IMG/VR virus record: IMGVR_UViG_3300012352_000444
Coordinates: 1-54,788 of that record
Direction: 5' to 3' (one strand)
Source: a virus
Lineage: Duplodnaviria; Caudoviricetes
Length of the DNA stretch: 54,788 nucleotides
A program made the translations under genes and the position numbers. The notes under the pieces are model-generated. The model did not search any database, had not been told where the DNA came from, and saw only the letters and a program-made list of their open reading frames with translations. Position 1 is the stretch's first letter, and each line of letters opens with the position of its first letter. Shown here piece after piece: positions 25,643-34,250 of this stretch.

Positions 25643-26068
25643 CTACTTGATTTTAATTGTTTTTGGCTTCTTCTCTTCTGGAACATTACGCTTTACTACG
25701 ACATTAAGCATTCCATCATTGAGATCAGCACTATAAACATACATATATTCAGCTAGAGTAAATGTGCGTGTAAATTTACGTCCTGCAATACCCTTGTGAA
25801 CATATTCCTCAACGTCTTCTGGACGCTCACCTTTAATGGTAAGTACTCCATCATGCTCTTTAATATCAATAGAATCCTTGTTGAATCCTGCTACTGCAAG
25901 TTCAACTACATAGGTATCATCATCAATTTTGCGAACATTGTATGGAGGAAATCCAGACTGTTGATTTGTTGAGTGTGTTAAACGGCTAAACATTTTATCA
26001 AATCCAATAAAAAATGGATCATTTAACCATGTTGGCACTAGGCCTGTTGTTGTGTATGTATAACTCAT
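25643..26068 (-). CDS. Small heat-shock protein (Hsp20/IbpA-like)
   Basis: FPPYNV, ELAVAGF, HKGIA.RKF.R.F.L, GML, PEEKKPK.I.I. Confidence 0.95.
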   Translation of the reverse strand: MSYTYTTTGLVPTWLNDPFFIGFDKMFSRLTHSTNQQSGFPPYNVRKIDDDTYVVELAVAGFNKDSIDIKEHDGVLTIKGERPEDVEEYVHKGIAGRKFTRTFTLAEYMYVYSADLNDGMLNVVVKRNVPEEKKPKTIKIK

Positions 26069-26134
26069 TCTATTTTCTCCTTTTCAGCGAGTTAATTTAT
26101 ACCCCCGTTAGGCAGGTACATATATATTATATCA

Positions 26135-26929
26135 TTATTGAATAAAGTTAGCAACTGACATTGCTTCATCGCCTAAGATTTTTTCTCCATACATTGCTCT
26201 ATTATCCCAGTACACATTATATCTATTTGTTTTCTTTATGAATGGATCAGCACCAGCGTTGCCTCTTGCGTGACTTTTGTGCTTGGCAAATACTGTGCCA
26301 TCTTCCCAGCAATAGACATGTCTTGGCTCGTTTGCACTTTTATAAAAGTCACCAACTAAATAATCTGTTCTGTCATTTTCTGAAAATCCATATTTTGCAA
26401 CAGACTCACCCATCAAGACAGTTGCGGTAGGAGTTAAACAATTTCTACCATAGAATTTATTTTTTACGTTTTCTACTATTTGATTTATTGCAATTTCAAG
26501 AGCTGGATGCTCAGGTTTAGATGCATAAAAAATAGCATTAATAATTGAAAATGTATTTTTTGAACTCCTAAAGTCTTCTCTAAACAAAACCATATCTTTA
26601 TCAGCATATGATTTATCTGGCATTGAAACTATCTCTGTATTAATATCAAAATACCATCCACCAAACTTGTGTACCAAACAGTATCTTGCTAAGTCTGCCT
26701 TAAATGCTCCAGGAATAATTGTAGTGTATGCATTTAAAACTTCCTTGCCAAATTCTTGCCCAATAAACTCTTCTAATTCTGCATTAGACCATATTCTATG
26801 ATTTGACTGACCAAAAATATCATTATTCTTTTTTGCAAATTTTCTTACTGTCTCAACAGCTGGTGGTAAGTAATTTGTTATATCGCTGTCATCTGTTAAA
26901 ATTAAAACTTGATTTATATTAATTGTCAT
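26135..26929 (-). CDS. GT32 glycosyltransferase (paralog of 15275-15961)
   Basis: AFKADLARY, GGWYFDIN, DMVLFRE, NKFYG. Confidence 0.8.
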   Translation of the reverse strand: MTININQVLILTDDSDITNYLPPAVETVRKFAKKNNDIFGQSNHRIWSNAELEEFIGQEFGKEVLNAYTTIIPGAFKADLARYCLVHKFGGWYFDINTEIVSMPDKSYADKDMVLFREDFRSSKNTFSIINAIFYASKPEHPALEIAINQIVENVKNKFYGRNCLTPTATVLMGESVAKYGFSENDRTDYLVGDFYKSANEPRHVYCWEDGTVFAKHKSHARGNAGADPFIKKTNRYNVYWDNRAMYGEKILGDEAMSVANFIQ

Positions 26930-27878
26930 TTAAAAGCCTTTCTTTATACCATTTAATTATATCATCTGCAACATTTTCCATCTTATACTGTGGACTCCAT
27001 CCAGTTTCTTTATTTAATAATTCATAGCTCATTACTTGTTTTTTTATCTCTAATGTATCATTACTATTAGAAATAGAATACTTTATATTATTATTATACT
27101 TTTTATTAAAAATATTAACTACATCCAAAGAAGAAAATCTTTCTCCAGAACCTATATTAAATGCATTGACAATATTTTCTTTATCAAAATAATTTAAAAC
27201 ATAGTCATAGGAAGAAATTACATCATCTATGTATATATATTCACGTATATCAGTTCCACCATTACGAACAATAAATTCTTTATTAGAAAATATATGATTC
27301 ATTAGACCAGGAACAAGCCTTTTGTAGTTTAAATCCCCTGGGCCATAAACATTACAATGCCTAATAGATATAACAGGAAGTTGATATGATTTAATATATG
27401 TTTTACATAAAATATCTGTCATAGATTTTGATGCGTCATATGGGTAATAACCATTTAGAACATGATCTTCAGTGTATTCTTCTCCCAATAGTTCTCCATA
27501 GGCTTTATCGCTTGAAGCAACAATGATTTTTTTACAGTCTTGATAAATACGCAATGACTCTAAGACATTCAGTGTTCCATTAACATTATTTAATATAGTA
27601 TGAAATGGATATTTTTCAGAATATGCTGCCTGGGTCTGTGCTGCTAGATGTATAAAAATTTCTGGCTGTGACTTTTCAACTAAATAATCAACATCTTCCT
27701 TATTTATTACATCACCAAAAATAAAATTTATTTTATCAGAAGAAAAAATCTTATTATCCAATATGTCCCTAGCTAAAATATAAACATTGGCCCCATTATC
27801 TACAAAAAATTTAACAGCGTGAGATCCGATAAAGCCTGTTGCTCCAGTAATAGCTACATTTTTATTTAAATATTTCAT
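26919..27878 (-). CDS. NDP-sugar epimerase/4,6-dehydratase (extended SDR)
   Basis: ITGATGFIG, HLAAQ, SSDKAYG, YDASK, NVYGPGD. Confidence 0.92.
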   Translation of the reverse strand: MKYLNKNVAITGATGFIGSHAVKFFVDNGANVYILARDILDNKIFSSDKINFIFGDVINKEDVDYLVEKSQPEIFIHLAAQTQAAYSEKYPFHTILNNVNGTLNVLESLRIYQDCKKIIVASSDKAYGELLGEEYTEDHVLNGYYPYDASKSMTDILCKTYIKSYQLPVISIRHCNVYGPGDLNYKRLVPGLMNHIFSNKEFIVRNGGTDIREYIYIDDVISSYDYVLNYFDKENIVNAFNIGSGERFSSLDVVNIFNKKYNNNIKYSISNSNDTLEIKKQVMSYELLNKETGWSPQYKMENVADDIIKWYKERLLNDN

Positions 27879-27914
27879 CTAATAATTATAGCAGAACAAA
27901 TGGTATAATGAATT

Positions 27915-28715
27915 ATGAATAAAAAAAATGCCATAATTATTTTAGCAACAAATAGCTATCTTCCATTAGGATTAAGACTTATATCAAAAATAAAAAAGTT
28001 TTACAAAGACATAGACAACTTAGACATTCATCTTGTTGCAGACTTTGATCTATCCAATAAAATAAAATTAGATAACATTATTATGCATAGTCGGAGCGCA
28101 AACACTTGGGATTTAAGTACTATGTTAAAACTAGATATCTGTCTAAGTATTGCAGAAAACTATGACTATGAGTATATTGGATGCCTAGATGCTGATACCA
28201 ATATATACAGATCGTTTGATGAATCTGAAATTTTTGCAGAAAGTTTTGTAATGAAGCATGTAAGCACTGGAATTAGCGCACCTAGCATTCATTATGAAGA
28301 TAATAAAAAATCTTCTGCTTATGTTCCACCATCTGAATATCAAGAAGTTTATTACCAGACTTGCTATTTTGGCGGAACAAAAAATAAAATGACAGATATG
28401 GTAAAAATGGCAATAGACCTTAGAACATTAGATTTAAATAGAAATATTATAGCAAAATGGACAGATGAAGGATATTTACAGAAATACTTTATTGCAAATC
28501 CACCCTTTATAGCATTTGAACCTAATGATCAAAACATTTTTCCATTTGTAGCAAATGATAAAGGAAGCAGTATAGATAAGATAAATACTGGGAAACACTA
28601 TAAGCCTTTTCAAGATATAACGGTAGATGAGTATAATGCTATGCTTGAAAAAATTTATCAACTACTATCCACTAATAACGATAGCTGGGATATTGTAGAA
28701 GATAAAATAGTATAA
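27915..28715 (+). CDS. GT6 (ABO/alpha-1,3-Gal(NAc) transferase-like) glycosyltransferase
   Basis: IILATNSY, DAD, YEDNKKSSAYVP, YY....FGG, IIAKWTDEGYLQKYF (cf. WHDESHLNKY). Confidence 0.8.
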   Translation: MNKKNAIIILATNSYLPLGLRLISKIKKFYKDIDNLDIHLVADFDLSNKIKLDNIIMHSRSANTWDLSTMLKLDICLSIAENYDYEYIGCLDADTNIYRSFDESEIFAESFVMKHVSTGISAPSIHYEDNKKSSAYVPPSEYQEVYYQTCYFGGTKNKMTDMVKMAIDLRTLDLNRNIIAKWTDEGYLQKYFIANPPFIAFEPNDQNIFPFVANDKGSSIDKINTGKHYKPFQDITVDEYNAMLEKIYQLLSTNNDSWDIVEDKIV

Positions 28716-28721
28716 GTAATA

Positions 28722-28916
28722 CTATGAAATCATTAGTCTAACAACATGGCAACAAGGATCTCCACCGTCATCCCATTCAGCAACTTCTTCTTCGCTCATG
28801 TATTCATATCCACCATCATGTGTATTACAGTAAGGCTCTGATATCCAGCCTCTCTCAATACCGTTGCGGATCCAAATATCAAACTCTTGATCTTCTACTG
28901 ATAGCTCTTCATTCAT
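28722..28916 (-). CDS. Hypothetical protein
   Basis: GW...P.C.THDG...GGDPC.HVVR; leaderless. Confidence 0.75.
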   Translation of the reverse strand: MNEELSVEDQEFDIWIRNGIERGWISEPYCNTHDGGYEYMSEEEVAEWDDGGDPCCHVVRLMIS

Positions 28917-28931
28917 AATAAAATTATACCC

Positions 28932-29462
28932 CTAAATACTAATTACGTCAACTGGACCTTGGCAAGATGGTGAGAACTTAATAGCAGAATTAATTGCTCC
29001 TATTACTCTGCTTCTCTGATCTTTTGCCTTTTGGGTTGCATCAAGGTGCCCCATTGCAAAGTCTGCACCTGAACCCATTGCTAAAAATGGTAAGGTATAT
29101 TTAGATAAAGACATATCTGCAGCACTATGCTCATAGATTTCTCCACGAATAGCAATAATTAATCCAAAATCTGCATCCTTACTTGTATCAACCCACCAGT
29201 CATTGTAAAATTGGCGAAGCTGTTTTATAAACTTGGTTTGCATAAACTTGTCTGTGTCTTTAATATCTGGAACATAAGGATTAAAGTTATAACGAAGTCG
29301 CTCCCCATCCATTGATCCAGCGTATCCTAATAGGTATGGTCCTAATTTCCACACTTTCGGCGCAGTTAGAGATAAAATGGTACTATTGTCTGATGCACCA
29401 CGATCCCCTGCCATGTAGATTTTATTATTTATTTCATCACGAACGACTGCAATACAAGTCAT
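28932..29462 (-). CDS. Ntn-hydrolase, HslV/proteasome-beta-like protease
   Basis: M-T-C start (N-terminal Thr), AGD, AMGSG..FA.G. Confidence 0.8.
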   Translation of the reverse strand: MTCIAVVRDEINNKIYMAGDRGASDNSTILSLTAPKVWKLGPYLLGYAGSMDGERLRYNFNPYVPDIKDTDKFMQTKFIKQLRQFYNDWWVDTSKDADFGLIIAIRGEIYEHSAADMSLSKYTLPFLAMGSGADFAMGHLDATQKAKDQRSRVIGAINSAIKFSPSCQGPVDVISI

Positions 29463-29494
29463 GCAGAAACCCCTTCTAGGAACTATATCTATTA

Positions 29495-29523
29495 AGTATA
29501 GCATCTCCTAAAAGGGGAGTCAA
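29495..29523 (-). promoter_or_regulatory. sigma70-type promoter
   Basis: TTGACT-N17-TATACT. Confidence 0.7.
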
Positions 29524-29543
29524 GTAAGCCAATCAATGACTAA

Positions 29544-29843
29544 TTAAGCTGTTTTTGATCCTGATCTGCGCTTCTCAACAACCAAATCTTCTACTGTTGT
29601 AGCATTTTTATCTGTAGTAGAGAAAGCTGAATTAATCTCATCAGCTGTAAGTCTTCCATCATCCATAAATGCACGAGCAAGCTTTTCAACTACTGCTGCA
29701 ACTGCTGTAAGTCCAGCAACTGTAATAGCCTTCATTGTAGAGATTCCTGCAATAGCTCCCGCTCCAATAACAGCAAGACCATTAGCAGCAAATACAGCAA
29801 CGATACGCATAAGAACATTCCAAATATTTTTTACACCGTTCAT
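29544..29843 (-). CDS. Small membrane protein
   Basis: Hydrophobic N-half, then DDGRLT.DEIN. Confidence 0.75.
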   Translation of the reverse strand: MNGVKNIWNVLMRIVAVFAANGLAVIGAGAIAGISTMKAITVAGLTAVAAVVEKLARAFMDDGRLTADEINSAFSTTDKNATTVEDLVVEKRRSGSKTA

Positions 29844-29845
29844 AT

Positions 29846-30028
29846 TTATTCCTCCTCTCTATTTCTAATTGGACTAGTTATAATCCAAATAGCTGTAGTT
29901 AACATAATTCCATAGCCAACTATGGTTTTAGCACTTCCATCTAAAACTACCCAAGCAATAAACATACCGAGAAGGGTCCATGCTTGGTCAATTAGATCCT
30001 TTAGCACATTCTTTATTATTCTTACCAT
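29846..30028 (-). CDS. Small two-TM membrane protein
   Basis: WTLLGMFIAWVVLDGSAK..VG; overlaps upstream stop. Confidence 0.75.
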   Translation of the reverse strand: MVRIIKNVLKDLIDQAWTLLGMFIAWVVLDGSAKTIVGYGIMLTTAIWIITSPIRNREEE

Positions 30029-32451
30029 CTTCTACCTCCTCTTGAACCTGGTGAATTGGCTCCTCCGCCACCACCAGAACTCCCACCACCTGAGCTACCG
30101 CCAGATGTTCCTCCTGTAGCTACTGCTGCTGCGTTTATTGCCGCTCCAGCTGCTACAACTGTTGCAACGACCATATCTGTTGCTTCTTCTCTTTCTTCTT
30201 CAGTCATGTCAGCTCCAATACTACCTAGAGCTGCAAGTGCTGCTCCTGGATCAGTAAATGCTGCTTCTAATAATGCTCCTGGATCTTGAACTAATTCAAC
30301 ATTTGCAGCCACTTCAGCGGTAATAACAAGAACATTTCCATTTTCATCTGTACGAATTTCTACTGGTGTGGATGGTGGAAGATCAGAATATGAAACTCCA
30401 GATGCTTTTACTTCTGCTACAGATATTGATTCTCCAGGCTTAAGGTCTTCAATTAATGCTGCTACTACAACATCTTTCTGCTCTTCTGTTAACTCTTTCC
30501 CATCTTTTGCATCTTCAAGTATTTCTTTTAATTCTTCTTCTTCTGCCTGTGCCTCTTCTAATTCTTTTTCTTTAGCTTCAGCTTCTGCCTTGGCTTTTTC
30601 TTCTTCTTGTCTAGCAGCCTCTGCCTCTGCTTCTTTAGCCTCAGCCTCTGCTATTGCATCTAGTTCAGCTTGATGAGCAGCTTCTGCTTCTGCTTCTAGT
30701 CTTTCTACCTCAGCTTTAGCATCTGCTTCTGCTTTGGCATCTGCTTCTTCCTGAGCTTTTGCTGCTTCTTCTTCTGCTGCTATTCTGTCTGCTTCAGCCT
30801 TTTCTGCATCTGCTTTTGCTTGTGCGGCTGCCTCTTCAGCAGCAATTCTTTCTTCTTCAGCTTTATCTGCTGCTTCTTGTGCTGCCTTAGCTTCTGCCTC
30901 TGCTCTAATTCTTTCTGCCTCTGCAGCATCGGCTGCTGCCTGTGCTGCTGCTGCTTGTCTTGCAGCTTCTGCTGCCGCTGCAGCTTGTCTAGCCGATTCT
31001 TCTTCAGCAAGGGTATTATTAACCAAAGTCTGTGCAACTACAACAGCTGATTTCATTGCTTCAACTACTGGATTAATAGCAATAAGTGCTTCATCTAGTT
31101 CTGTATTTGCATTACTAACTTCGTTCTCCCAATAAGCAACTTCTTGAGATGCTTCTAATAAATCTGCCTGTGCATACTCTAAATCATCTTGAGCATCATC
31201 TATCTCTGACTGCAAAGCATTTTTATCATTAAGTAATTGATTAAGCACTTCTTGTGAATCAGCCAATGCATCTTCTGCCTCTTCAAGATCTGCCTCTGCT
31301 AGTGCCAATGCTTCTGCTAGATTTGTATCTGCTGGAAGTGGGGTATATGGTGTATATCCAGTAATATCAATATGTGCAGAAAGATTTGTTGGAGTGCTAC
31401 CAGCATTCTGTTGAATATTTATCCCAGTTAGTTGATTATTAACTATTTGATTAACTTGAACATTGCCAGTACCAACTTGACCAACTGAAGAAACATCTGC
31501 CTTCCATGTTCCATCAAGTGGGTTAACATCTGCATTAAAAATAATATTAGTTAATTCTCCTTGGCGAGTTCCATATCCTCTAACCATCCACTCAATAAGA
31601 AGAGTGTTAATTGTTGTTGAATATCGAACATATGTATCTTGATCAACATTCCACCAGTCACGAAAATTAATATAAACTGCTGGAGCATTTCCTCCCCAAC
31701 CCTGTAGTTGTCCAAAAGATATCAAACCATTTGTAGCTACATAAACATCTGTGTATTCTTGATCACCAAGTCTAAGGGCATAAGGCAATGTCATCTTAAA
31801 TGCCCAGTCATCGTCTTTTGGAAGATCAGTAGTTTGTGGATTTCCTGCATTTGCTAAAGCTATTTGATCCTGGAGTAATCCCAATGCTTCTTGCTCTAAT
31901 AATACTGTGGCACTATCTAATAAAACTACTGCTGTTTGACTGTCTACCTGAGAAGATAAAACTGTCATGCTATCATTAAGAGTTGTTAATGTTGCTGACT
32001 CAATAGATACAATTTGAGCCATAGCAGTCTGAGTTTCTACTGCTTGACTAAGTGATATTTCTGTAGAAGTAAGATTATTAATAGCCACTGTAGCACTATC
32101 TACTACTGTCTGAGCCTCTATGATTAAGTCTTGAGCATCTACAATAGTGGCTGTAATGGTCTCTGTAGGGCTTGTAATGGCTGTTGCTTGGCTTTCTATG
32201 ACTGTCGTGGCACTTTCAGCCTGAGTAATAGAAGTCTGTGCTGACTCAATTATGGCTGTAGCTGAATCTGATAATTGGACAATAGGGTTTAAAACAACAG
32301 TAGAAGATTCTACCTGATTTGTTATTTCTTCTGCATGAGCTTTATCTGAAAGTCCAAGAACTAGCCATAGGACTATCGCCACCACAATAAAAATTATATT
32401 TTTCCATATTTTATTAACTTTTCTCTCTCCTATGTTAGTTAATACTAACAA
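30022..32451 (-). CDS. Large secreted coiled-coil protein with C-terminal hydrophobic anchor (start uncertain)
   Basis: Signal peptide ending AHA; globular VYVATNGLISFG domain; A/E-rich coil; hydrophobic + G/S linker + RGGRRW. Confidence 0.8.
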   Translation of the reverse strand: MLVLTNIGERKVNKIWKNIIFIVVAIVLWLVLGLSDKAHAEEITNQVESSTVVLNPIVQLSDSATAIIESAQTSITQAESATTVIESQATAITSPTETITATIVDAQDLIIEAQTVVDSATVAINNLTSTEISLSQAVETQTAMAQIVSIESATLTTLNDSMTVLSSQVDSQTAVVLLDSATVLLEQEALGLLQDQIALANAGNPQTTDLPKDDDWAFKMTLPYALRLGDQEYTDVYVATNGLISFGQLQGWGGNAPAVYINFRDWWNVDQDTYVRYSTTINTLLIEWMVRGYGTRQGELTNIIFNADVNPLDGTWKADVSSVGQVGTGNVQVNQIVNNQLTGINIQQNAGSTPTNLSAHIDITGYTPYTPLPADTNLAEALALAEADLEEAEDALADSQEVLNQLLNDKNALQSEIDDAQDDLEYAQADLLEASQEVAYWENEVSNANTELDEALIAINPVVEAMKSAVVVAQTLVNNTLAEEESARQAAAAAEAARQAAAAQAAADAAEAERIRAEAEAKAAQEAADKAEEERIAAEEAAAQAKADAEKAEADRIAAEEEAAKAQEEADAKAEADAKAEVERLEAEAEAAHQAELDAIAEAEAKEAEAEAARQEEEKAKAEAEAKEKELEEAQAEEEELKEILEDAKDGKELTEEQKDVVVAALIEDLKPGESISVAEVKASGVSYSDLPPSTPVEIRTDENGNVLVITAEVAANVELVQDPGALLEAAFTDPGAALAALGSIGADMTEEEREEATDMVVATVVAAGAAINAAAVATGGTSGGSSGGGSSGGGGGANSPGSRGGRRW

Positions 32452-32472
32452 GGATATTATACCAAATTATAC

Positions 32473-32503
32473 AAAAAAGAGGGCAGATTTTACTCTGCCC
32501 CCT
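32473..32503 (-). terminator. Intrinsic terminator
   Basis: AGGGGGCAGA/TCTGCCCTCT stem then T-run. Confidence 0.8.
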
Positions 32504-32521
32504 AAATTGTGCTTAATACTA

Positions 32522-34234
32522 TTAAGCTTTTACCTTCTTTTGAATCTTGATAATAAGATTTGTTAATGTTGTGAGCTGCTTCTTGAGCCCAGCAATCAAT
32601 GCATTAACTTCAAGTGAAAGTGCTGCAACTGCTAAATTAGCAAGTTCTGCCTTCTCTGATGCCTGAACTGCTGCATCTGTAGCATCCTGTGCTGCCTTAA
32701 CAGCTTCGTTAGCTGCATCAAGAGCTGCCTTCTGAGCAGAGTCTTCAACAATTGCCTCTGCAGAAATTACAACCTGACCTGCTACTGGAAGAGATGATCC
32801 ACCAGTTGCTGAGATCTTGACTGTATTCTGTACGAGTGGCATAAAGACCTTATATGTCTTTACTGTTTCTGTATCTGTTGTTACAGAAACACCAGTTAGG
32901 TCAGCACTACCTGAACCGAATGCGTATGATGGAGCAATTCCACCTGCTGCAAAAAGGTTTGAGTATGTCTTTGGTGACATTGGAAGACCTGTTGCATCAA
33001 GAACCTGTACGGTAATTGTTGCTGCTTCACCTGGAAGGTATTGAGCCTTGTCAAATGAAATCTTTACAGATGTTGCTGTACCCTCAACACGAACTGCTAC
33101 AGGGTTTGAAACAATTCCAACATTAGCACCACTGTAGATAACTACATTTGCTACGCCAGTCTTAACACCAGTTGCTGGGAACTTAGCCACACCATTAACA
33201 ATTGTTGCTGATGTTGCTGAGTTATTAACTGTTGTAAGATCTGCTGATGTTGCATACAGTGTTCCTGCTCCAACTGTTACTCCCGCTGCATCGTATGCAA
33301 CTGCTGAAATAACATCTGAGTTTGAACCTGTTGCAATAACAGACTTAGTTGATGTTGCAACAATACGTGCAATATCTCCATAGAATGTTACTGATTCTGT
33401 TGCAAGGACAACACCTGATTGTGTTGTAATTGTTACAGTTCCAACTCCAGCAGTTCCATCGGCAAAGATACCAATGTGCTGACCTGCTGCAAGTGTAAGT
33501 GCACGACCCTGTGATGTAATTGTTGTTGGGTTTGAACCAGCACCAATCATACCTGGACCGCTAACAATTGCTGTTAATGATTCTGCAACAGTTGATCCTG
33601 CTGCATTCTTTTGTGTTACAACAACCACTGCTGCAGCATCTGCTGAAACAGTCTTTGATGCATATACCGTTGCATCTGCTGTTGCTGAAGTTGTTTCTCC
33701 AGCATTAAGGATTGATGTTGAAGTTGCTGGTGATGCCTTAACATCTGCAGCGTTTACTGTGACTGTCCATGTTACAGCAGCAGAGTTAACTGCACCTGTT
33801 GAGCCAGCCTTAAGTGTTGGTGTGAACTTAAATACATAAGTTCCAGCGACGGTTGGTACGTCTACTGTAGCCTTAAGCTTTGCAGTTACATATGTTGCAG
33901 AGCTTGATGTTGAAGCAACATCTGCTGAATAGTTGCCAGATCCCAAAACAACAACTGCGCTTGTAGTTTCCTCTACAGAAAGTGTTGCAAACTTAGCAAC
34001 TCCTGCTGGAAGACTCAAGACAGACGATGTTACTGTGACTGTATCGGTTAGACCCTGTGCCAAAAATCCAACTGTTACGATTGCTGTTGCTGATTCGCCT
34101 GCTGTTACAGTATCTGATACTGCATCAATCACAAACGTATCTGCATTTACAGCAGCGTGAGCTGGAACGGCAGAAAGGGCGCTAAATGACAAGGCTGCAG
34201 CGATGCCGATAGCGATTTTCTTAAATGAATTCAT
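32522..34234 (-). CDS. Secreted Ig-like surface/S-layer-like protein
   Basis: Signal peptide MNSFKKIA...AHA; A/T/V-rich beta repeats; C-terminal coiled coil with basic end; AGGAG SD. Confidence 0.8.
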   Translation of the reverse strand: MNSFKKIAIGIAAALSFSALSAVPAHAAVNADTFVIDAVSDTVTAGESATAIVTVGFLAQGLTDTVTVTSSVLSLPAGVAKFATLSVEETTSAVVVLGSGNYSADVASTSSSATYVTAKLKATVDVPTVAGTYVFKFTPTLKAGSTGAVNSAAVTWTVTVNAADVKASPATSTSILNAGETTSATADATVYASKTVSADAAAVVVVTQKNAAGSTVAESLTAIVSGPGMIGAGSNPTTITSQGRALTLAAGQHIGIFADGTAGVGTVTITTQSGVVLATESVTFYGDIARIVATSTKSVIATGSNSDVISAVAYDAAGVTVGAGTLYATSADLTTVNNSATSATIVNGVAKFPATGVKTGVANVVIYSGANVGIVSNPVAVRVEGTATSVKISFDKAQYLPGEAATITVQVLDATGLPMSPKTYSNLFAAGGIAPSYAFGSGSADLTGVSVTTDTETVKTYKVFMPLVQNTVKISATGGSSLPVAGQVVISAEAIVEDSAQKAALDAANEAVKAAQDATDAAVQASEKAELANLAVAALSLEVNALIAGLKKQLTTLTNLIIKIQKKVKA

Positions 34235-34250
34235 TATTCTCCTATTTATA

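Noticed and set aside
30520-31010. Tandem DNA repeat
   Set aside because: Low complexity arises from Ala/Glu/Lys coiled-coil codons, not a discrete repeat unit
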